From Thermodesulfobacteriota bacterium (GTDB lineage Bacteria; Desulfobacterota; Desulfobacteria; Desulfobacterales; C00003060): a DNA stretch of 29,641 bases. The DNA is taken from NCBI GenBank assembly GCA_034189385.1, contig JAXHVD010000021.1:45141-74781 (forward strand). The letters are read 5' to 3'. The notes under the pieces are model-generated. The model made no database searches and was not told where the DNA came from. It saw only the letters and a list, made by a program, of their open reading frames with translations. Each line of letters begins with the position of its first letter. The stretch's first letter is position 1. Below, in pieces: positions 8,728 through 17,180 of the stretch. The position numbers were made by a program, and so were the translations under genes.

Positions 8728-9702
8728 ATGATATTGAAACAAGCAAAAGAGGTCCTTCAGATTGAGGCCGACGGCATTTTGGCCGTTATGGATCGCCTAG
8801 ATGAGAATTTCGCCAAGATGGTGGATTTGGTCTACGAGTGTAAAGGCAGGGTCATCATGACCGGCATTGGAAAGTCCGGCATCGTGGCCAGAAAGATCGT
8901 GGCAACGCTTAACAGTACCGGAACGCGGTCCCTCTTCCTCCATCCTGTGGAGGCCATGCACGGTGACCTGGGGATGGTCAGTTCAAATGATATCGTCATC
9001 GCCCTTTCCAGCAGCGGAGAAACCGATGAACTGAACATGCTGATTCCAAGTGTCAAGAGGATCGGCTGTTTTCTAATCGCCTTCACTGGACAGGTGCGTT
9101 CCACCCTGGGTCGGCAGGCCGACATCGTGATCGACGTGGGTGTTGACCGCGAGGCGTGTCCAATGGGCCTTGCCCCGACTGCAAGCACGACAGCTCTTTT
9201 GGCGGTAGGCGATGCATTGGCCGTCACGCTGATTCGGAAGCGTGACTTCAGGGCGAGCGATTTTAGGCGGTTCCACCCGGGAGGTAGCCTGGGGCAGCGC
9301 CTAACGTTGAAGGTGCGGGAAATCATGCTCACAGGCAAGAACATTCCTAAGGTGGGCCAAGGGCAGAAAATGCGCCGCGCCATCCAGGAAATCAATCGCC
9401 TCCAGCTTGGTGCCACGCTTGTCGTAAGAGAGGGTAACATCCTTGTGGGGATTGTCACCGATGGGGACATTCGGCGCCATCTTATGAAACAAGAAGACCT
9501 CTATGAGCGTCCTGTGGAAGAGGTGATGACAAGGAAACCGAAGACCCTTGGTCCTGATAGCCTGGCGTCACAGGCGCTGAGCGTGATGGAGAAGAATCAG
9601 ATCACGGTTCTGCCCATCGTCAATCCAGTTCATAAGGTTCGGGGCATATTGCACCTCCATGACATCCTGGGAAAGGGAGCCTTCAGATTCAATGGTGGCT
9701 GA
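8728..9702 (+). CDS. kdsD: KpsF/GutQ-family arabinose-5-phosphate isomerase (SIS + 2 CBS domains)
   Basis: GIGKSG, HPVEAMHGDLG, SSSGET, EACPMGLAPTAST, FHPGGSLG, C-terminal CBS pair. Confidence 0.92.
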   Translation: MILKQAKEVLQIEADGILAVMDRLDENFAKMVDLVYECKGRVIMTGIGKSGIVARKIVATLNSTGTRSLFLHPVEAMHGDLGMVSSNDIVIALSSSGETDELNMLIPSVKRIGCFLIAFTGQVRSTLGRQADIVIDVGVDREACPMGLAPTASTTALLAVGDALAVTLIRKRDFRASDFRRFHPGGSLGQRLTLKVREIMLTGKNIPKVGQGQKMRRAIQEINRLQLGATLVVREGNILVGIVTDGDIRRHLMKQEDLYERPVEEVMTRKPKTLGPDSLASQALSVMEKNQITVLPIVNPVHKVRGILHLHDILGKGAFRFNGG

Positions 9703-10651
9703 CACGAATCAGCTTCCAAGGGGATTAGTTTGCCCCCTAGTGACACCGCTTAAGAGAGGAGACCAGGTAGACCTCAGCGCCCTGGATCGACTCATCGATC
9801 ATGCTGGCGCAGGTTCAGATGCCCTCCTCTTGGGTGACGTGTTTTGGGGAGAAGGCCTTGCTCTGAGTCCCGAGACAAGACTGGAAATGGTGTCTGCTGC
9901 CCTTACAATCATCCAGGGCAAATGGCCGGTCCTCATTACTATTACCTCCCACAGCATGAAGGCCACGGGCGAGTTGCTAAGCAGTATGGAGGCAGTCGTT
10001 GAAGGCTCGGGCTATGGGGGAAAGGTCTTTTGGGTGGACTATCCCATCTATTACCATAGCAACCGAGGGCTGCCCCAGTGGTACATGTCCATTCCCTGCC
10101 GAACTAACTCCCCCTTCATATTGGGTAATCATGCCGGACTCGTTGACCGGCGAAAAAGGCCGGTGAAACACAAGAATATTCGAACCAGCGTGTTGAAGAA
10201 GCTGTCACACATGGATGTGATACAGGGTCTTATCTTCACTGGCTCGCTAAAACGTTCCATAAACTATCACAGGGCCGTCCGTCTTCGTCGAGATTTTAAG
10301 TTCTACGATGGAGATGAGATGGTTTTTGTCAGACGGCCAAGCTCAGATGGTCTTGTGGCCGCTGGGGCAAACCTGCTGCCCGACGCTTGGCGGGAGATGA
10401 CAGGGTCCTGCCTGAATCAATATGATGTCCAGCAACAGTATGCAGACCACACAAGTCAGGTAATGGAAACAGGGATGATGCTGCAAGCATTTCATGACAT
10501 TTACTCACAGAATCCTGCGGCTCTCATGAAACAGATGCTCCAGGTTGCAGGGGTGCTTCCGAATGCCCATACAGCCTTGAAGACCCCCGAAGCCACCCAA
10601 ACTCAGAAGCGGGCAGTGGAGGCTATTTGCAGGAAGTATGATTTGGTATGA
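9692..10651 (+). CDS. DHDPS/NAL-family TIM-barrel protein, apparently lacking the catalytic residues
   Basis: GLVCPLVTP..GDQVD N-terminus, GEGLALS..R, YPIYY, YDGDE, GLVAAGANLLP, MKQML. ATG 9692 overlaps the end of kdsD. Confidence 0.8.
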   Translation: MVADTNQLPRGLVCPLVTPLKRGDQVDLSALDRLIDHAGAGSDALLLGDVFWGEGLALSPETRLEMVSAALTIIQGKWPVLITITSHSMKATGELLSSMEAVVEGSGYGGKVFWVDYPIYYHSNRGLPQWYMSIPCRTNSPFILGNHAGLVDRRKRPVKHKNIRTSVLKKLSHMDVIQGLIFTGSLKRSINYHRAVRLRRDFKFYDGDEMVFVRRPSSDGLVAAGANLLPDAWREMTGSCLNQYDVQQQYADHTSQVMETGMMLQAFHDIYSQNPAALMKQMLQVAGVLPNAHTALKTPEATQTQKRAVEAICRKYDLV

Positions 10652-10816
10652 CTCCATCGTTTTTCCATGGGCGGTCCATTTCGTCAAAAAATGGTAAAGG
10701 AGACAGGACGTGCTGAACTTGGGCAAGAAGCCCGGTGTGATCATTGAGAGAATAGGGCATATCTCTATCAACCAGTCTTTTTCGGTCGGTCTGGTGGCCG
10801 GCAGAAAGGAGGGCCC

Positions 10817-11917
10817 ATGAGAACGACACTCAGTATCATTAAGGCTGACATCGGGAGCGTAGGGGGACACATCGCCCCGAGCAGGCAATTGTTTTCCGTT
10901 GTGAAAGACTACGTAAAAAACGCCTCTCCGGCACTCGTTGATGACGCCTTTATATCCAGTACCGGAGATGACATTGCCCTGCTCTTGACACACCAGCACG
11001 GGGCCTTGAATGAGAAGATTCATAAGATGGCTTGGGAGGCCTTTCTTGAAGGCACCAAAAGGGCCAAGCAACAGGGCCTATATGGCGCGGGCCAGGACCT
11101 GTTGAAGGATGCCTTTTCCGGCAATGTGAAAGGGATGGGTCCTGCTGTTGCTGAACTGGAATTTGAAGAACGCCCTAATGAACCCTTTCTGATGTTTGCT
11201 GCCGATAAGACGGATCCCGGGGCGTACAACCTGCCCCTGTATTTGGGATTTGCAGATCCCATGTACAATTCTGGACTCATATTGGCACCTAAGATGGAAA
11301 AGGGCTTCACCTTTACGATCATGGACGTTTCCTATACAGAAGGTGATCGGGTCATACGCTTGAACACGCCTGAAAACATCTACGATATTGCAGCCCTTTT
11401 AAGAGACAATCAACGCTTTGTCGTGGAATCGATCCACTCCCGGGAAAACGGCGAACAGGTGGTCTCCGTGAGCACGACCCGTCTTCACAATATTGCCGGC
11501 AAATACACAGGCAAGGACGATCCGGTCATGCTAGTCCGCGTGCAAGGAAACTTCCCGGCCACCGGTGAAGTGCTTGCTCCTTTTTCCATCTGTCACTATG
11601 TGGCAGGTTTCATGCGAGGAAGCCACACCGGGCCCCTCATGCCTGTGAAGCGAAATACGACGGTTTCTTTCTTTGATGGTCCGCCCATTGTCTCCTGTAT
11701 GGCCTTCTGTGTACACAACGGGAAACTGACGCATCCTGCAGACGCATTTGACCATCCTTACTGGGATTACATGCGGGACAAGGCTTCTCGAAAGGCCTAT
11801 GAAATGCGGGAACAGGGCTTTTCCGGTGCGTCCATGCTTCCTTATTCTGAGCTGGAGTACGGCGGGATCGTGAAAAAGATGGAGAAGCTTGAACCCAAGT
11901 TTGAGGTCAGGAGATAA
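10817..11917 (+). CDS. fbp: Bifunctional fructose-1,6-bisphosphate aldolase/phosphatase (class V FBPase)
   Basis: IKADIGSVGGH, GDDI, GLYGAGQDLLKDAFSGNVKGMGP, ADKTDPGAYN, YTGKDDP (Schiff-base Lys), MRGSH, ELEY. Strong SD (AAGGAGG). Confidence 0.95.
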   Translation: MRTTLSIIKADIGSVGGHIAPSRQLFSVVKDYVKNASPALVDDAFISSTGDDIALLLTHQHGALNEKIHKMAWEAFLEGTKRAKQQGLYGAGQDLLKDAFSGNVKGMGPAVAELEFEERPNEPFLMFAADKTDPGAYNLPLYLGFADPMYNSGLILAPKMEKGFTFTIMDVSYTEGDRVIRLNTPENIYDIAALLRDNQRFVVESIHSRENGEQVVSVSTTRLHNIAGKYTGKDDPVMLVRVQGNFPATGEVLAPFSICHYVAGFMRGSHTGPLMPVKRNTTVSFFDGPPIVSCMAFCVHNGKLTHPADAFDHPYWDYMRDKASRKAYEMREQGFSGASMLPYSELEYGGIVKKMEKLEPKFEVRR

Positions 11918-11969
11918 TGGACGTGTTAGGGCCCGGTGGAGAAAAGAACCGATTAGCGGAATATGGTGA

Positions 11970-13163
11970 ATGACATACCGTCTCGTTCCTCCAGAGGAAG
12001 TCTTTGGCCGGATCGCAAGGCTTCAGCTGGGACTGACAGGGGCCTCCCTGAACGGTGCCTTGATCCTGGACAGGATCAATATGTACTACTACACGGGCAC
12101 CATCCAGAATGGCGTCCTCTTTGTCCCCGTTGAGGGGGCCCCTGTCTTTTTCGTGCGTAGGAGCCTGGAACGGGCAGAAAAGGAAACCCCACTGGAGATT
12201 TTGGTTCCTCTGAAAGGCCTTAGCCAGCTTTTCGGGGCTTTGAAGAAGTTCAGCTACCAAGTGCATCGGCTGGGGCTGGATGAAACGGCAGTGCCCCTTT
12301 CAATCTATAGAAAACTCTCCGAAGCCTTTCCCAAGTCGGCATTTGAAGACATCAGCCTCATGTTGTCTATGATCCGTTCTGTCAAGTCCGACTATGAAAT
12401 TGGCCTGATTCGCGAAGCCGGAAAGAGGCACAAGGTCCTATACGACCTGATACCCGATATGATCCATGAAGGGATGACCGAATGGGAACTCGGCTCGGCG
12501 ATCCATGGCCGCATGGTCAAGCTCGGTTACACAGGCCTGGCCAGGCTTACCAGCTTCAACAGTGAGTTCTTCGCAGGGGTGATCAGTTTTGGAGAATCGG
12601 GCAACTACCCCACTGCCTCTGTGGGGCCGGGAGGGTCTGTGGGGCTTTGCCCCGCCTTTCCCTATCTTGGGGGTACAAGAAGGCTCAAGAGAGGGGACCC
12701 CATCTTCGTTGACACCGGCTTTGCCTATGAAGGATATTTTACGGACAAGACAAGGATCTTTTCTTTGGGTCGCCCACCTGGGGTGGCGGTGGATGCTCAC
12801 AAGATTTGCCTTCACATCCAAGAAGCCGTTCGGTGTCGGTTGAGGCCTGATGCCCTTCCCTCACAGATATTTGATGAGGTGTATGAAAGTGAAATCACCC
12901 CGCGACACTTTGAGAAGCACTTCATGGGTTATGGAAGCAATCAGGTCTCATTCCTCGGTCATGGTCTGGGCTTGGCCATCGATGAATTCCCAGCTATTGC
13001 CAGAAAGATCCATCTTCCCCTTAAGAAGAATATGGTTATTGCTGTAGAACCGAAAAAGGGTCTCCAAGATATTGGTCTGCTAGGTGTGGAGAATACCTAT
13101 CTAGTCACCGAGCATGGTGGAGAAAAGCTGACACCTGGCTCCGATGATATCACCATTCTGTGA
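11970..13163 (+). CDS. M24-family (Xaa-Pro peptidase-like) metallohydrolase
   Basis: Creatinase-N-like domain (NMYYYTG), RSVKS.YEI, metal ligands in VDTG, TDKTR, GHGLG, AVEP, VENT. Confidence 0.88.
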   Translation: MTYRLVPPEEVFGRIARLQLGLTGASLNGALILDRINMYYYTGTIQNGVLFVPVEGAPVFFVRRSLERAEKETPLEILVPLKGLSQLFGALKKFSYQVHRLGLDETAVPLSIYRKLSEAFPKSAFEDISLMLSMIRSVKSDYEIGLIREAGKRHKVLYDLIPDMIHEGMTEWELGSAIHGRMVKLGYTGLARLTSFNSEFFAGVISFGESGNYPTASVGPGGSVGLCPAFPYLGGTRRLKRGDPIFVDTGFAYEGYFTDKTRIFSLGRPPGVAVDAHKICLHIQEAVRCRLRPDALPSQIFDEVYESEITPRHFEKHFMGYGSNQVSFLGHGLGLAIDEFPAIARKIHLPLKKNMVIAVEPKKGLQDIGLLGVENTYLVTEHGGEKLTPGSDDITIL

Positions 13164-13289
13164 CAACGAGCATGGCTTTCTCTTGACTCCCAGGGTCCTT
13201 CTCACGATATGATGCTGTCAGAGACAGGAACAGGGAGGATTTAGAGAACGTTCTGAAAATGCTATGAGGCATGTTTAGGAGGACGGAAA

Positions 13290-14456
13290 ATGACAGGAAA
13301 GAGTAAGGTCAAGACAATTGGGATTCTTACTGGTGGAGGTGACGTCCCTGGCTTAAATCCTTGCATCAAGGCTGTTGTTTACCGCGCCGTTGACGAGGGC
13401 ATAAAGGTGCTTGGGATTAAAAAGGGATGGGCGGGACTTGTAGAATACGACATTGAGGATGAAAGTACCCACGGTGCCAGCGTGGTGTCAATGGACAAAG
13501 GCTTGGTTCGAACGATCGACCGTTCGGGTGGCACCATTTTGCATACATCCCGCACCAATCCTGCGGCAGTGAAAAAAAGCGAGATGCCCTCTTTTCTAAA
13601 CGCCCATCCCACTCAGGAAAAGACCGACGTAACCCCGCATGTTTTGAGGAACCTGGAACATCTTGGCATTGACCTGCTGATTCCCATTGGCGGAGATGAT
13701 ACCTTAAGTTACGGAGAGCGGCTCCACGAAGAGGGTTTTCCTGTTGTTGCTATTCCCAAGACGATGGACAATGACGTGTTTGGGACCGACTACTGTATAG
13801 GCTTTTCCACGGCCATAACCCGGTCTGTGAACTTCATCCATGCGCTGCGCACCTCTGCCGGTTCCCATGAGCGCATTGCAGTGGTTGAGCTGTTTGGAAG
13901 ACGTTGTGGTGAGACATCACTCATATCGGGCTACCTTGCAGGCGTCGATCGGGCCATTATCTCCGAGGTTCCCTTTGATCCGGAAAAACTGGCCAGACTC
14001 GTCATGGAAGACAAAAGGGCAAATCCGAGCAACTACGCCATGCTGACTATCTCGGAAGGGGCTAAGATGGCAGGGGGAAAGATCCATGAATATGGCGAGG
14101 AGGACGCCTACGGTCACCGAAAGCTCGGGGGCATTGGGATTGTGACAGGAGACGCGTTGAAGAAGTTAACGGGCCAGGGCATTATCTTTCAGCAGCTTTC
14201 CTATCTTATGAGAAGCGGGGCCCCAGATTCTCTTGATCTCATGGTGGCCATCAATTTTGCCAACATGACGGTCAACCTCATCATGAAGCAGGTATCAGGT
14301 CGCATGGTGGCATTGTCGGGGGGCAATTACACGGACATTCCCATCAGCACCGTTACGTCTGGTCAAAAGCGTGTGGATGTTCGCGAACTATATGATTTGG
14401 ACGAATACAGGCCCAAGGCCAGGACCATTGTCGGAAAGCCGATGTTCCTTTACTAG
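13290..14456 (+). CDS. PfkA-superfamily 6-phosphofructokinase, predicted PPi-dependent
   Basis: [35 protein letters not shown]...VELFGR. Confidence 0.9.
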   Translation: MTGKSKVKTIGILTGGGDVPGLNPCIKAVVYRAVDEGIKVLGIKKGWAGLVEYDIEDESTHGASVVSMDKGLVRTIDRSGGTILHTSRTNPAAVKKSEMPSFLNAHPTQEKTDVTPHVLRNLEHLGIDLLIPIGGDDTLSYGERLHEEGFPVVAIPKTMDNDVFGTDYCIGFSTAITRSVNFIHALRTSAGSHERIAVVELFGRRCGETSLISGYLAGVDRAIISEVPFDPEKLARLVMEDKRANPSNYAMLTISEGAKMAGGKIHEYGEEDAYGHRKLGGIGIVTGDALKKLTGQGIIFQQLSYLMRSGAPDSLDLMVAINFANMTVNLIMKQVSGRMVALSGGNYTDIPISTVTSGQKRVDVRELYDLDEYRPKARTIVGKPMFLY

Positions 14457-14744
14457 TGGCAAGCGCCTATTCTTGTGCAGGAACCCGGTGTCACTGACTC
14501 CTTTGGCTTTTTCGGGATGTATTTTTCACTGCTTTTCCTTGGTTCTGCCTGATCGCCCACACGGTTTCTAAAAGGCCTCTTGCCTTCCATTTTGGTCCAC
14601 AGGGCCACGGTCACCGTTTCTGTGGGTGTCACAATGGTGCGCCCCGCATGATGGCCCTACGGAGAAGACAGGCTTGGGCATGGACATTTTTTCGCCGCCG
14701 ACTTTTCCTGCCTGTGGAACACTGTTACTGGGTGGGCTTCGTCC

Positions 14745-15101
14745 TTATGCTGCCACGTAATTACCCCTGCCGGCCCTTTTGATTTTCCCTTGCTTAAAGG
14801 CCCTAAAAAGGATGTTTCTGACCTTCCTCTCATCAAACCCTGTTTTCTTAATGAGGCTAGGGGCATCAATGCCTTTTTTGGTCCTCTTTATAAGTTTAAG
14901 GACTGTGTCCGTGGCCGTGGCTGGACGGGCTTTCCTGGCGGAGGTCTTTCTCGTGGTCTTAGGTTTGGACTTGGCTTTCGGCTTTCTAGTAGCTTGAGCC
15001 TTATCGAGTTTCTGAACGGCCTTTAGCATCTTATCTGTCTTTTTTGCTAGGGCCTTGAGTTCCTTGGATACTGCCTGCAAGTCTTTTTTTAGTTGCTTCA
15101 T
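14745..15101 (-). CDS. Highly basic protein: N-terminal coiled coil, Lys/Ala/Pro linker, predicted C-terminal winged helix; probable DNA-binding protein
   Basis: 118 aa with 28 Lys + 10 Arg against 8 acidic residues (hand count). Heptad positions L4/L8/V11/L15/L18/T22/M25/V29/L32. SD GGGAGG. Lies 24 nt downstream of the IHF-like gene. Confidence 0.8.
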   Translation of the reverse strand: MKQLKKDLQAVSKELKALAKKTDKMLKAVQKLDKAQATRKPKAKSKPKTTRKTSARKARPATATDTVLKLIKRTKKGIDAPSLIKKTGFDERKVRNILFRAFKQGKIKRAGRGNYVAA

Positions 15102-15125
15102 TTGCCTTTTCCTCCCTTCTTGGAT

Positions 15126-15404
15126 TTATGGGTGATCCACCCTTTCTTTCAATTCCTTACCGCATTTGAAAAAGGGCAATTTCTTGGGTGGGACGTGGAT
15201 GGTTTCTCTGGTTTTGGGATTCCTGCCAGTATATGCCTTGTATTGCTTTACATAGATGCTGCAGAATCCGCGAATTTCCACGCGATCACCACTAGCCAGA
15301 GCATTGGACATTTCATCAAAGAACAGCTCTACGACCTCATTGGCTTTGGTTCTCGTGAGGCCGGCTTCCTCCCTAAGAGCCTCTATGAGTTCTGCCTTAT
15401 TCAT
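15126..15404 (-). CDS. HU/IHF-family DNA-binding protein, IHF-beta-like
   Basis: MNKAELI, RVEIRGFCS, GRNPKT, PFFKCGKELKERV. SD AAGGAG. Confidence 0.92.
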   Translation of the reverse strand: MNKAELIEALREEAGLTRTKANEVVELFFDEMSNALASGDRVEIRGFCSIYVKQYKAYTGRNPKTRETIHVPPKKLPFFKCGKELKERVDHP

Positions 15405-15631
15405 GAGTTCTCTCCTTCAACATTATAGGCTTAACAGAATAGTCAAGTTGGATTTAAGCGTTCCCTATCATTTCTGAAGATGCTCTTGTCCTCCCTTTTC
15501 AGAAAAAAACACCACTGTCTCTTTATGGGTCTCTCTTGACTTACACAAAATCATTAATTTTTCGCGCAGTGCATCAGGAGAACACATACAATGGCCCTAT
15601 TTGACAGAGCCTCTCCACAAAGGCAACGAGG

Positions 15632-15907
15632 CTAGGAAATAGCGTCTTTTAGGGTTTTCCCAGGCTTGAAGCGCACAGCATTATGTGCCTTGATCTTAAT
15701 CTTATCGCCTGTGGCAGGATTTACGCCTTTTCTTGCCTTGCGACGGACCTTGGAGAAGGTCCCGAAGCCCACCAGTGTTACTTTCCCATTTTTCTTTTTC
15801 AAGGCCTTTTGGGCGGTGCCAAGAAAAGAGTCCAATGCTTTTCTGGCAGCAGCCTTTGAGATACCTGCATCTTTTGCCATCTTCTCAATGAGGTCCCCCT
15901 TGTTCAT
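15632..15907 (-). CDS. hup: DNA-binding protein HU
   Basis: MNKGDLI, VTLVGFGTF, RKARKGVNPATG, FKPGKTLKDAI. Start moved to ATG 15907, which follows GAGGAAGGGGG. Confidence 0.93.
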   Translation of the reverse strand: MNKGDLIEKMAKDAGISKAAARKALDSFLGTAQKALKKKNGKVTLVGFGTFSKVRRKARKGVNPATGDKIKIKAHNAVRFKPGKTLKDAIS

Positions 15908-16418
15908 GCCCCCTTCCTCCTGTGTTGTGGTTAGTAAGGCCTTCCCCCAACGTTGAAGACTAGTAAAACATAACATTCTGAAAAGTCAAGTAATATGTTT
16001 ACTATTATGAAAAAAGCCATTTTTTTCGCTTCGGTTTGTGTCCTCAAAAACTCTTCTTGGTGAAGTAACAAGTGCGAGCCGAATAGGTGGTAAAATGGAT
16101 GCAGTCCTTGACAGGTGCACAGGGCTGAGCCGGCGGCCTTTTCGGGGGCACGTGACGTAACTAATTGGAATAACAGCAACTTATGACTTATCAGACATAC
16201 ACGATGGCCTTTATACTGGGACAGAATTTTGAGAGGTTAGTTTCGTCATGAATCTAAAAAGGAGCTCCAAGAGATCATGCCCCCGTGGCGTAGACCAAAA
16301 GTGTGGGGCAGTGGGGCTTCATATGTCATTGTTCATTTTGTAAGGACGAAGTACCGTAATGGGCCGAGGCTCTTTGTTGCGTTGTACGGTAACCTGAAAT
16401 CGAGTTATGGGAGGTCTG

Positions 16419-16574
16419 ATGACGGTAAAGAATCGGTGTCTCATTGTTCTTGTGGCCCTGGGTGTTGTAGATGCAGTTATTCCCATCCCCATCATTGGAC
16501 TGATCCTTGTCTACGTCGTCCTGGAGAGGCCTCCGTGGTTTCTAGACTTGGTACAGGGGCTCTATGGCGGCTAG
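16419..16574 (+). CDS. 51-aa small membrane protein (not in the ORF track)
   Basis: SD GGGAGGT, ATG 16419, TAG 16572-16574. Translation: MTVKNRCLIVLVALGVVDAVIPIPIIGLILVYVVLERPPWFLDLVQGLYGG. Confidence 0.7.
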   Translation: MTVKNRCLIVLVALGVVDAVIPIPIIGLILVYVVLERPPWFLDLVQGLYGG

Positions 16575-16682
16575 TATATACATCCATGGGGAAAATGTAC
16601 GAGGGCCAACCCCGTAGGTGTGGGCTGCCATGAAAAGCCAACGCCTCTTCATGACGCTGCAAGGAGTGGCTCACGAAATCGC

Positions 16683-16737
16683 TTGACAAAGGGAAAGGAG
16701 GTGTTATTTTAATATTTAAGATCTGAAATACCTAAAT
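16683..16737 (+). promoter_or_regulatory. Putative sigma70 promoter and imperfect palindromic operator upstream of the rrf2 operon
   Basis: TTGACA (16683)-N16-TATTTT with TGn extension, followed by the imperfect inverted repeat ATTTAAGATCTGAAATACCTAAAT (16714-16737). Confidence 0.45.
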
Positions 16738-16753
16738 GAGCAATGAGGTCTGC

Positions 16754-17179
16754 ATGTCAAGCATCGTAAAGATTTCAGAAGCCGCTTCCATGGCCTTGCA
16801 CGCAATGGTTTTTCTTGCCTCTGAACCTGACCGGGTCGTGCCTAGCAAGGAAGTGGCTGCCAGACTTGGAAGGTCTGAGGCACATCTTTCTAAGGTGATG
16901 CAACGGCTGGCAAGGGAAGGGTTAGTGAGTTCTACACGAGGGCCCAAAGGGGGATTCATTCTCAAAAAGGGGCCCCGAGACATCAGTCTTTTGGAGATTT
17001 TTGAGGTCATGGAAGGGCCCTTGGAAGAGACGAACTGCTTGCTGGGGCGGCCTATTTGCCGTGGAGGGAACTGCATTTTCGGTGACCTGTTGAGGGGCGT
17101 GGACCGACAGGCCAAAGAGTACCTTTCGAAAAGGTCGCTATGGGATTTACAGGGGGTGTTTAAAGGAAAGGATAAGTAG
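16754..17179 (+). CDS. Rrf2-family transcriptional regulator with three Cys (probable Fe-S sensor)
   Basis: SEAHLSKVMQRL, STRGPKGGF, ISLLEIFEVMEG, C-x6-C-x4-C. ATG 16754 follows GAGGT. Confidence 0.93.
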   Translation: MSSIVKISEAASMALHAMVFLASEPDRVVPSKEVAARLGRSEAHLSKVMQRLAREGLVSSTRGPKGGFILKKGPRDISLLEIFEVMEGPLEETNCLLGRPICRGGNCIFGDLLRGVDRQAKEYLSKRSLWDLQGVFKGKDK

Positions 17180-17180
17180 G

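Noticed and set aside
14457..14744. Possible ncRNA or small ORF between pfk and the basic-protein gene
   Set aside because: No convincing SD-led ORF, stable structure or known motif was seen.
14745..14930. Z-alpha (Z-DNA-binding) domain call for the basic protein
   Set aside because: The helix pattern is similar, but the Asn/Tyr/Trp signature is not in register (R/F/Y instead); kept only as a generic winged helix.
16277..16633. 118-aa plus-strand ORF
   Set aside because: Its composition is not protein-like, and the overlapping 51-aa frame has the stronger SD and a coherent membrane pattern.
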